From the NCBI GenBank assembly GCA_963775585.1, contig CAVZJN010000024.1, forward strand, positions 1-40,631: a DNA stretch of 40,631 nucleotides, in the 5' to 3' direction. The position numbers and the translations under genes are program-made. Positions 1 through 7,208 of the stretch are shown here, one piece after another (the first letter of the stretch is position 1; each line of letters begins with the position of its first letter). This DNA comes from an uncultured Chloroflexia bacterium (GTDB lineage Bacteria; Chloroflexota; Ktedonobacteria; Ktedonobacterales; Ktedonobacteraceae). The notes beneath the pieces are model-generated. The model saw only the letters and a list, made by a program, of their open reading frames with translations, was not told the origin of the DNA and did not search any database.

Positions 1-300
1 CGAACTCAGAGGACTCTACACCTACCTTAAACACAACAACCATGACAGCAAAACTGACAGCAAAACCCACGATTTTATACGGTTTTTAGCGAACATCAGC
101 GAACAACCAGTTCATTCAATTAAAGCACTAGAGCCAATCCACCAAGGCCCAAACAGCCATAAAAAAAGCCAAGGCCGAGAACACACCTCTGCCTTGTCTT
201 TAAATTCAGTTTCGTGGTGACACAATGTCTTTAGCGGAGTTTGGGCACCTACAAGGGGAACCCACCCTATCACGACGACATCAAGAGCAGCACACAGGGG

Positions 301-606
301 TTAGTTGCGTGCGACCCGGACTTTGTCGTAGCAGGGGTTGCAATAGACGGGACGATCATTCTTGGGCAAGAATGGGACTTGCGTCTCGACACCGCACTCG
401 GCACAAATGACTGTGTGCATCTCGCGTGGGGCGCGCTCGCCAGAACGCCCACCCATGGACGCGCTGCGGCGTGCTGCGCGGCAGGATGGACAACGACCAG
501 GCTCATTCACCAGACCTTTTTGCTGGTAAAACTCTTGTTCACCGGCAGTGAATACGAAATCGTTTCCGCACTCACGGCACCTGAGGGTTTTGTCTTCGAA
601 GTTCAA
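301..606 (-). CDS. tandem CxxC zinc-ribbon domain protein (putative nucleic-acid or metal binding), TTG start
   Basis: 101-aa ORF with two CxxC...CxxC pairs (C10/C13-C39/C42 and C68/C71-C90/C93). N-terminal motif TLxCxxCGxxFVFTAGEQEFY is typical of a widespread small zinc-ribbon family. AAGGAGG RBS lies 7 nt upstream of a TTG start at 604-606. Confidence 0.6.
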   Translation of the reverse strand: MNFEDKTLRCRECGNDFVFTAGEQEFYQQKGLVNEPGRCPSCRAARRSASMGGRSGERAPREMHTVICAECGVETQVPFLPKNDRPVYCNPCYDKVRVARN

Positions 607-1054
607 CGAGGGACCTCCTTGTGATATGTTGGTATTCCTTCCATTTCAGGTCCATATCCTTGCAGATGTCACCAGTCGCCGACTCCCTTAACCAGCGAGG
701 GACTGGACGGATAACCTGACGAGCCATCAATATAGGAATCATGCGCGAGAAGTTTCACAGTTCTGCATTTCTCGCCAGAGTCACCGGACTCTGTGATTGC
801 GCCCTACATGTGTTGCGAGACCGACCGAGATAATCGAGGATACCGAAAAAAGCATACATCATACATTTCCGTTTTGCAAGGGTTTTCCCGTCAATTTGCT
901 GTTTCTCTTACCATCTTTATAAATTTTTTATGTCTATTCTTTACATTACGCATCGTTTTTGTATGGATAGTGTGTATGTGCGTATGGTTCGCTTGCATAA
1001 CCTGCTTTTCTGTGCTATCTTGCAAGCATCGTTCATTGTATATTTGGGTGGACT

Positions 1055-1134
1055 CGCGACAGGTCGCTCGTCAAAGAACTGTTGTGTGGGATTGGCTGCC
1101 AGTGACTTCGTCACTGGCAGCCAATCCCACACAA
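1055..1134. repeat. composite element: 16-nt motif CGCGACAGGTCGCTCG (1055-1070), 11-nt spacer, perfect 25-bp-arm inverted repeat (1082-1106 / 1110-1134, 3-nt loop)
   Basis: Read directly from the sequence. The arms are exact reverse complements. The same architecture recurs at 40271-40348 in opposite orientation. Confidence 0.8.
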
Positions 1135-1209
1135 AGAATAAAGTCTCCAAAACGAAAAGAGTCTCCAACGTAAAGAATCTCTCCGGGTGAATGGCTAAAA
1201 CAAGAATAT

Positions 1210-2394
1210 ATGACAGCATTTTTCTCTTTCGCGATTGACGCGGAATGTCCTGGTACGTGGGCACGGGCGGGCACTATCCACACGCCTCATGGTACTATTC
1301 ACACGCCAATTTTTATGCCGGTAGGCACGCAAGCTACGGTGAAAAGCGTCTCACCGGAGGAATTGCGCGCGGCAGGCGCGCAGATCATTCTCTCCAATAC
1401 CTACCACTTGATGTTGCGGCCTGGCTCGGAACTGATTGCTGCGTTCGGCGGATTGCACTCTTTTATGCACTGGGACGGGCCTATACTGACCGATAGCGGC
1501 GGCTTTCAGGTCTTTAGCCTTGGACACCTGCGTAAATTGAGCGAAGAAGGGGCCGCCTTCAAGTCGCATCTCGACGGCTCGCCGCACCTGTTGACACCCG
1601 AAAGCGTCATGCGCATCGAGTCCGAACTGGGCGCGGATATCATCCTGCCGCTGGATATCTGTGCCCCTTATCCCTGTACGCCCGTTGCCGCGAAGGAGGC
1701 AATGGAGCGTACCCACCGCTGGGTCGTACGCGCGCTGGTTGCCAAAGAAGAGCATCGACCTGAGCAGACGCTTTTTGGCATTGTGCAAGGGGCATTTGAA
1801 GCCGAACTGCGCCGGGAAAGCGCTCACTTTGTGGGAGATTTGCCCTTCCCAGGCCTCTCCATTGGCGGACTATCGGTTGGGGAACCCAAACAGCTGATGT
1901 GGGAGATGTTGTACGAGGTCACCCCGGCTCTGCCGCGTGAGAAGCCGCGCCACATGCTGGGCGTGGGATCACCGGAAGACTTTGTCGTCGCCGTTGGGCT
2001 GGGCATGGATATGTTCGACTGCGTTCTGCCCACCCGCGTGGCTCGCCATGGTGGACTTTTCACGCCCGGCGGGCGCATCAACATCAAATCCGCGCGCTTC
2101 CGCACTGAGCACGGTCCCATCGAAGAGGGCTGCGACTGCTATACCTGCCGCAATTATACTGCCGCCTACGTGCATCACCTGGCACGAGCGGAAGAGCTGC
2201 TCTATTTCCGCCTGGGCACTATCCACAATATTCACTTTATGCTGCGCCTGGCCAGCCAGTTGCGCGAGTCCATCATTGCTGGCACCTATCCTGCCTTCCG
2301 CGACGAGTTTATAGCAAGATATAAGCCCTCCTCGGAGAAAGTACGAGAAGAGCAGCGCGAAAAATGGAAGGTGGCACGATCACACATTGTATAA
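1210..2394 (+). CDS. tgt: queuine tRNA-ribosyltransferase
   Basis: Full-length similarity to Tgt: N-terminal PIFMPVGTQATVK motif and C-terminal zinc-site CxCxxC region (CDCYTC) are present. 394 aa. Confidence 0.9.
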   Translation: MTAFFSFAIDAECPGTWARAGTIHTPHGTIHTPIFMPVGTQATVKSVSPEELRAAGAQIILSNTYHLMLRPGSELIAAFGGLHSFMHWDGPILTDSGGFQVFSLGHLRKLSEEGAAFKSHLDGSPHLLTPESVMRIESELGADIILPLDICAPYPCTPVAAKEAMERTHRWVVRALVAKEEHRPEQTLFGIVQGAFEAELRRESAHFVGDLPFPGLSIGGLSVGEPKQLMWEMLYEVTPALPREKPRHMLGVGSPEDFVVAVGLGMDMFDCVLPTRVARHGGLFTPGGRINIKSARFRTEHGPIEEGCDCYTCRNYTAAYVHHLARAEELLYFRLGTIHNIHFMLRLASQLRESIIAGTYPAFRDEFIARYKPSSEKVREEQREKWKVARSHIV

Positions 2395-2406
2395 TGGACT
2401 ATAACC

Positions 2407-3225
2407 ATGCACGAACCATATCGTTTTCTTGACACAAATATACAGGATGCCGCCATGAATATGGCGATCGACGAGGCTATCCACATCCACCACCTGCGCG
2501 GGGATGTGCCACCGACGCTGCGCGTATTTCGCTGGCAACAGCCATCAATCAGCCTCGGACGTTTTCAAAGCGTCGAACGCGAAATTGAGAGAGAACAATG
2601 CCAGCAGCTTGGCGTGGCCCTGGTACGCCGTCCTACGGGAGGTCGTGCTGTCTATCACCGTGACGAGTTCACCTATAGTATCGTGATTGGCAAACAATAT
2701 GGCGTACCGAGCGGCGTCGTCACGGCCTATGCCTACCTGGCGCAGGGCCTGCTCGCCGCGCTGCAAAGCCTGGGAGTGCAGGCCGAGTTAAGCAATGAGC
2801 GCGTCAGCAAACACCCTTCTGCGGCCTGCTTCGCCTCCTCAACACAGGCGGATCTGACCAGCGGCGGCTTCAAACTGGTCGGCAGCGCGCAAGTGTGGAA
2901 AGATGACACGCTCCTGCAACAGGGTTCGCTGCCGCTTGACGACCGTGCCGCCGAATTTTTCTCCCTGCTGCGCTACCCTACTGAGGCAGCGCGCGCGGAG
3001 GCATTATCCTTGTACCGCGAGAAAACGAACCCGTTGCATACCTTCGCCCCCAATGCCTCGTGGGAAGACGTGGCAAGAGCCTTCCGCCATGGTTTTAGCG
3101 CGGCCTTGCAGGCAGAATTTGTGCCCGGCGATTTGAGCAAAGCTGAGTGGGAGTTGGCGCAGCAACTTGTTGAAGAGAAATATAGTAAGCTGGAATGGCG
3201 CAAGGAACGCTTGAAATTAGTGTAG
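2407..3225 (+). CDS. lipoate-protein ligase / octanoyltransferase family protein (BPL/LPL catalytic domain)
   Basis: The N-terminus (LDTNIQDAAMNMAIDEAI...LRVFRWQQPSISLGRFQ) matches the LplA/LipM catalytic domain. 272 aa, no C-terminal LplA accessory domain. Confidence 0.7.
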   Translation: MHEPYRFLDTNIQDAAMNMAIDEAIHIHHLRGDVPPTLRVFRWQQPSISLGRFQSVEREIEREQCQQLGVALVRRPTGGRAVYHRDEFTYSIVIGKQYGVPSGVVTAYAYLAQGLLAALQSLGVQAELSNERVSKHPSAACFASSTQADLTSGGFKLVGSAQVWKDDTLLQQGSLPLDDRAAEFFSLLRYPTEAARAEALSLYREKTNPLHTFAPNASWEDVARAFRHGFSAALQAEFVPGDLSKAEWELAQQLVEEKYSKLEWRKERLKLV

Positions 3226-3412
3226 GCGCCTGAGCAATTCTCACCCCTGCTACATTGCACTCAATTTCGCGCCCCTCAATTGCATATATGGGGGCTTGCC
3301 CCCACCCTTGCAATACGCTATACTTGCAACAACACTTCTTCAGGTTTTATTGAGAAATTATTGGGAGACGCTTTTATACACATATGCGCCTTCGCTAAAA
3401 GGAGCAACCTGC

Positions 3413-4144
3413 GTGAACTTGTCGATAGACATTGCGCGTAAAATACTAGAAGCGAGCAAGCAGCGCGCCAGAGAGCTACGAAGTCCTGTTAGTATCGCTA
3501 TTGTCGATGCTGGCGGGCACCTTGTGCTCTTTGAAAGGATGATGTCACCGTATGGCTGGGCAACGGGCAACATCAGTATCGCGAAGGCTTGCACTGCTGT
3601 GATGTTCAATCAGTCCACAGACGCGGTCGCCCAATGGGGATCGGGCATTCCCGGTTTTGCTTCCAGTATGGCTGAGATGTCACAAGGAAAATTTATTATG
3701 GCAGCTGGTGGTTGGCCCATTCGTATCGGCGGCGCTACTATTGGAGGAATCGGCGTCAGTGGCGGCAACGCCCCTGGGAGAGACGATGAGATTGCACGAG
3801 CAGGACTGGGAGCATTAGAAGCAGCGGCGCCACCAATACCCGCACAGCCAGCGCAATCCGCGCTACCTGTCGGGTCGGCACAGCAACAGCAGCATTCACG
3901 CCCATATATGCAGCCCTCGCCTGTCTATCCATCCATGCCAGCATCCACTATGCCGTCTACTCCATTATCTCCCGGCGGTTTCCAATCACCATCTTTGGTA
4001 CCGTCATCAAATAGTAGCGTTTCAGGTCCAGAGGAAAGCGTCGTCACGCATTATCTCACTCCTGAGCAGCAACAAGAAGACAATTCGATGAATGACCAGG
4101 CAAACGTACAATTGAACGAAAACCGTTCTGGAGGACAACAATGA
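3413..4144 (+). CDS. GlcG/HbpS-like (DUF336, heme-binding-like) protein with S/P/Q-rich disordered C-terminal tail
   Basis: Core IAIVDAGGHLV...AAGGWPIRIGGATIGGIGVSGGNAPGRDDEIARAGL is typical of the DUF336/GlcG fold. Preferred start is GTG 3413, in frame, with AAAAGGAG RBS 8 nt upstream. The ORF track begins at 3296. The 4-nt ATGA overlap with the next gene suggests coupling. Confidence 0.6.
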   Translation: MNLSIDIARKILEASKQRARELRSPVSIAIVDAGGHLVLFERMMSPYGWATGNISIAKACTAVMFNQSTDAVAQWGSGIPGFASSMAEMSQGKFIMAAGGWPIRIGGATIGGIGVSGGNAPGRDDEIARAGLGALEAAAPPIPAQPAQSALPVGSAQQQQHSRPYMQPSPVYPSMPASTMPSTPLSPGGFQSPSLVPSSNSSVSGPEESVVTHYLTPEQQQEDNSMNDQANVQLNENRSGGQQ

Positions 4145-4965
4145 CACAGGATTCTGACCGTCAATCTTCTTCTAGTAACAGGCGCTCCGCCCGTACCAGT
4201 CGGAACCGCCCTGTGCTTGTAACCTCGCAAGAAGGTGAGGGGACTGAAGAGGGGAACAAAGAGGAAGCCTCTCCCACGCTCGAGCAAAGCCAGCCTGAAA
4301 TGGAGGCGGGAAACGCTCCTATTGCACCACCTAAACGCAGGATGCCCGCTTTCTTCTCCACCGTAGGCAAGCGGACACATACAGAGGAGCCGAAAGAAGT
4401 TGATCAAGCGCAGGCCAGGATAGCCCGCGCGACACGCAGCAAAGCATCTCCCGCGAAGACGTCAAGCGAAGACAAAAAAGAACAGCAGCCAGAAGTAAAG
4501 AAGGCGCCTGCCAGCAGAAGCGCCGCGGCAACCAGGCCTGCCAGTCCCTTTAAGACAAAATACCTGATTGGAATAGGCCTTTACCTGCTCGCTGCAAATT
4601 TCATCGGCGCCTTAGAGACGCAGTTCATGCGTGCATACCATCTCGACTTCGTTCTGGGTCAATTTCCTCTCTTCGGCAGCAAAATAGTTATCAGCACGTC
4701 GACGGTGGTGTTCCTTGCGACACTGGTGATCATCCTGGTAGCGCTGGCCCGCTTCGACCTGATTCCCCGCAATTTCAGCGCCATTATGGGCGGAAAACCT
4801 ACTTCCCAGCAAAACAGTCGCGGCAGTAGTTCATCCAGTAAGAACCAGGGGTCAAGCGAAGGCGGCAGGAATATTCCCCCCACGATGAAACAAGGCGTGA
4901 AGGGCGCGAATGACGACCTGTACCAGGAATACCGTGCCAACCAGAAACGCGCGAAAAAGAAGTAA
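4141..4965 (+). CDS. hypothetical membrane protein: K/E/S/R-rich disordered N-terminal half, two predicted TM helices, S/G/K-rich C-terminus
   Basis: ORF only. Hydrophobic stretches YLIGIGLYLLAANFIGAL and IVISTSTVVFLATLVIILVALA. Translationally coupled to the GlcG-like gene. Confidence 0.45.
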   Translation: MTQDSDRQSSSSNRRSARTSRNRPVLVTSQEGEGTEEGNKEEASPTLEQSQPEMEAGNAPIAPPKRRMPAFFSTVGKRTHTEEPKEVDQAQARIARATRSKASPAKTSSEDKKEQQPEVKKAPASRSAAATRPASPFKTKYLIGIGLYLLAANFIGALETQFMRAYHLDFVLGQFPLFGSKIVISTSTVVFLATLVIILVALARFDLIPRNFSAIMGGKPTSQQNSRGSSSSSKNQGSSEGGRNIPPTMKQGVKGANDDLYQEYRANQKRAKKK

Positions 4966-4990
4966 AATAACATGATTTATTATTAAACCC

Positions 4991-5020
4991 TTGACACAAC
5001 AATACAATTCACCCTATAAT
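4991..5020 (+). promoter_or_regulatory. consensus sigma70-type promoter TTGACA-N18-TATAAT
   Basis: TTGACA at 4991-4996 and TATAAT at 5015-5020, both exact hexamers with an 18-nt spacer. A 5' hairpin GACAACG/CGTTGTC lies just downstream at about 5030-5050. Confidence 0.5.
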
Positions 5021-5061
5021 CAAAACAGACAACGAAAACAGCCGTTGTCAAAAAAAATTGG

Positions 5062-5145
5062 ATGAATCGAATGCTCAGCGACCGTACGATCATACACGCA
5101 AACACTCAATACGGTTTTTACTATTGGTTTAGCCCTCCAGCATGA
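5062..5145 (+). CDS. candidate attenuator leader peptide MNRMLSDRTIIHANTQYGFYYWFSPPA (aromatic codon run)
   Basis: 27-codon ORF between the promoter and the terminator. Codons 17-23 (5110-5130) are Tyr-Gly-Phe-Tyr-Tyr-Trp-Phe. Stop TGA 5143-5145 lies inside a segment, CCAGCATG 5137-5144, complementary to CATGCTGG 5183-5190. Confidence 0.5.
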   Translation: MNRMLSDRTIIHANTQYGFYYWFSPPA

Positions 5146-5194
5146 TGGTGGGCCCTTTGGGCTGAGCAAAAACATTCACCAGCATGCTGGACGA

Positions 5195-5222
5195 GCAGAG
5201 GATAATACCTCTGCTTTTTTGT
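5195..5222 (+). terminator. intrinsic terminator / attenuator hairpin GCAGAGG-ATAATA-CCTCTGC followed by TTTTTTGTTTCTTTC
   Basis: 7-bp GC-rich stem followed by a T-run, 64 nt upstream of the DAHP synthase start. A self-complementary CCAGCATGCTGG precedes it at 5179-5190. Confidence 0.55.
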
Positions 5223-5285
5223 TTCTTTCTTTTGGTTCTTATTGTTTCGTAATTCGTAGTAGAAAGACAGAGAGGACTCTTTCAG

Positions 5286-6368
5286 ATGATTATCAGTATT
5301 CGTAGTCAGGCCAGCAGCGAAGAACGCGCCCAGTTACTGGCTTTGCTGGGTCGAGTGAAACAGCACCAACAGCCAATTACGCCCACCTCTATCGATGGGC
5401 GCGAGGTCATCACGCTAGATGGCAGCCATGTAGATGCCCAGGCCAGCGCTCTCCTGCGCCAGCAAGGGGCGGTTGAGCGCGTCATGCATGTGAAGACTCC
5501 CTACAAGCTGGTCAATAGAAGCTTCAAGCCGCAGGGGAGCAGTTTCCTCCTCGGCTCTCTCTCCAGTGGAAAAGCCGTGACCATTGGCCCCGATGCACAT
5601 GGGGTAACCTCGCCAGTGATTATCGCGGGGCCGTGCGCCGTTGAAAACCGCGAGCAGTTGCTTACCACAGCCAGAGCTGTCAAGGCAGCAGGTGCACAGG
5701 TGTTGCGCGGCGGAGCCTTCAAACCGCGTACCTCCCCCTACCAGTTCCAGGGACTTGGTCTCGAAGGGCTGCAGCTACTGGCGGAAGCCCGGGAAATAAC
5801 GGGGCTGCCGGTGATTACTGAAGTGATGGAGCCGGGATTGGTGGAAACGGTGGCAGAATACGCCGACATCTTGCAGATAGGCAGCCGCAATATGCAGAAC
5901 TTCCCTCTCTTATTGGCGGCGGGACGCAACAGTCATAGGCGCCCTGTGATGCTCAAACGTGGGCTGTCAGCCACCATCGACGAGTGGTTGCTGGCCGCGG
6001 AGTACATTGTCTCGACAGGAAATCCCAACGTCATTCTCTGCGAACGAGGCATCCGCGGCTTTGATCCACAGACGCGCAACGTGCTTGATCTCTCCTGTGT
6101 GCCGTTGCTTCACGAATTGACGCACCTCCCCGTGATTGTCGATCCCAGCCATGCCACAGGCCGGCGCGAGCTAGTCCCCACCATGTCACGTGCATCCATC
6201 GCCGCAGGAGCCGATGGCCTCATCCTCGAAGTACATCCCAACCCCGACAGCGCGCTCTGCGATGGCCGCCAATCAATCACCGATGAACAACTGCGCTCCA
6301 TCGTACGCGACGCTCGGCTGATGGCCCAGATGATCAATGGAAAGGCGGAAGTCACGTGTGTAGCCTGA
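5286..6368 (+). CDS. 3-deoxy-7-phosphoheptulonate (DAHP) synthase, class I-beta, with N-terminal ferredoxin-like/ACT regulatory domain
   Basis: [10 protein letters not shown]...[13 protein letters not shown]...QIGSRNMQN...VDPSH motifs of the KDO8PS/DAHPS I-beta family. The about 100-aa N-terminal extension resembles the Thermotoga-type regulatory domain (MIxxxK...PYKLVxRxF). Confidence 0.9.
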   Translation: MIISIRSQASSEERAQLLALLGRVKQHQQPITPTSIDGREVITLDGSHVDAQASALLRQQGAVERVMHVKTPYKLVNRSFKPQGSSFLLGSLSSGKAVTIGPDAHGVTSPVIIAGPCAVENREQLLTTARAVKAAGAQVLRGGAFKPRTSPYQFQGLGLEGLQLLAEAREITGLPVITEVMEPGLVETVAEYADILQIGSRNMQNFPLLLAAGRNSHRRPVMLKRGLSATIDEWLLAAEYIVSTGNPNVILCERGIRGFDPQTRNVLDLSCVPLLHELTHLPVIVDPSHATGRRELVPTMSRASIAAGADGLILEVHPNPDSALCDGRQSITDEQLRSIVRDARLMAQMINGKAEVTCVA

Positions 6369-6569
6369 AATGTAGGGGCCAGGCTTGCCCCAGCCCTGGT
6401 TGACCTAACCCTGTAAAGCTCGCTTTGATAAATATCCACAATCTCATCTCGACTCGTCTGATGTTATATGTTATACTCTTCGTATCTAAGCACCCAGGCG
6501 TGAAGTGATGGCTGTGGTTAGTGGTTACATTGAGAGTGCGACCAGGGGGCTGGATAAGGATTAGACGAG

Positions 6570-7151
6570 GTGATAGAGATGCCAACAAGAGTTATTATCG
6601 CTGACGACGAAACAATTCAGCGAATGGATCTTAAAGATGTACTGACCAAGCAGGGCTATCTTGTAGTAGGCGAAGCGGGCGATGGACTGAGTGCCGTCAA
6701 CCTCGCGCGCGAGTTACGGCCGGACCTGGTCATTATGGATATCAGAATGCCTGATATGGACGGCATCGCTGCCGCCGAGACGCTCACCCAGGAGAAGATT
6801 GCGCCAGTATTGTTGCTCACCGCCTTTGGCGACTTACCGCTAGTTGAACGCGCTAAAGAGGCCGGTGTGGTGAACTATATTGTGAAGCCACTACGAGAGA
6901 GCGAAGTTACTCCTGCTATTGAAGTGGCCCTGGCTCGCTATAATGAATTCCGCGCACTCGAAGAGAAGACGCGTACTCTCAGTGAACAATTGGAGACACG
7001 TAAAATTGTGGAGCGGGCCAAAGGTCTCCTGATGGAAAAGCAGGGGCTGAGCGAGCAGGAAGCCTTCCGTAAGATTCAGAAGGCCAGTATGAACAACCGC
7101 AAATCCATGCGCGAGGTAGCTGAAGCGATCCTGTTGACCAATGAAATGTAA
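6570..7151 (+). CDS. response regulator with receiver and ANTAR RNA-binding domain (AmiR/NasT/PdtaR-like)
   Basis: N-terminal REC domain (IIADDE...D...IMDIRMPDMDG). C-terminal ANTAR (RKIVERAKGLLMEKQGLSEQEAFRKIQKASMNNRKSMREVAEAIL). GAGGTGA RBS. Confidence 0.85.
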   Translation: MIEMPTRVIIADDETIQRMDLKDVLTKQGYLVVGEAGDGLSAVNLARELRPDLVIMDIRMPDMDGIAAAETLTQEKIAPVLLLTAFGDLPLVERAKEAGVVNYIVKPLRESEVTPAIEVALARYNEFRALEEKTRTLSEQLETRKIVERAKGLLMEKQGLSEQEAFRKIQKASMNNRKSMREVAEAILLTNEM

Positions 7152-7157
7152 AAACGA

Positions 7158-7183
7158 CGCGGCAATGAAGCCGCGCTTTTTCT
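7158..7183 (+). terminator. intrinsic terminator CGCGGC-AATGAA-GCCGCG followed by TTTTTCT
   Basis: 6-bp GC stem and T-run immediately after the ANTAR regulator stop at 7151. Confidence 0.6.
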
Positions 7184-7208
7184 ATGACCAGTAAAGATAA
7201 TATAAGTC

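Noticed and set aside
1-60. Possible tRNA 3' half on the minus strand (GAGTTCG..., GTAGAG).
   Set aside because: The spacing between the D-arm-like and T-arm-like segments is far too short, and there is no acceptor stem or CCA context.
225-624. Plus-strand ORFs 225-410 and 241-624.
   Set aside because: They overlap the better-supported minus-strand zinc-ribbon gene, which has a strong RBS and a conserved Cys pattern, and they have no domain signal.
793-1264. ORFs 793-1173 (+) and 941-1264 (-), which share the peptide VWDWLPVT.SLAANPTQ.
   Set aside because: They are mirror-image artefacts of the 25-bp perfect palindrome at 1082-1134 and have no coding signal.
4966-4984. Shared 13-mer ATGATTTATTATT just after the stop codons of two unrelated genes (4971-4983 and 35018-35030).
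   Set aside because: It is AT-rich low-complexity sequence. Two copies are insufficient to call a motif.
5041-5225. T-box riboswitch upstream of DAHP synthase (GGTGG at 5146-5150).
   Set aside because: No match to the conserved T-box sequence AGGGTGGNACCGCG and no specifier-loop architecture. The leader-peptide attenuator explanation fits better.
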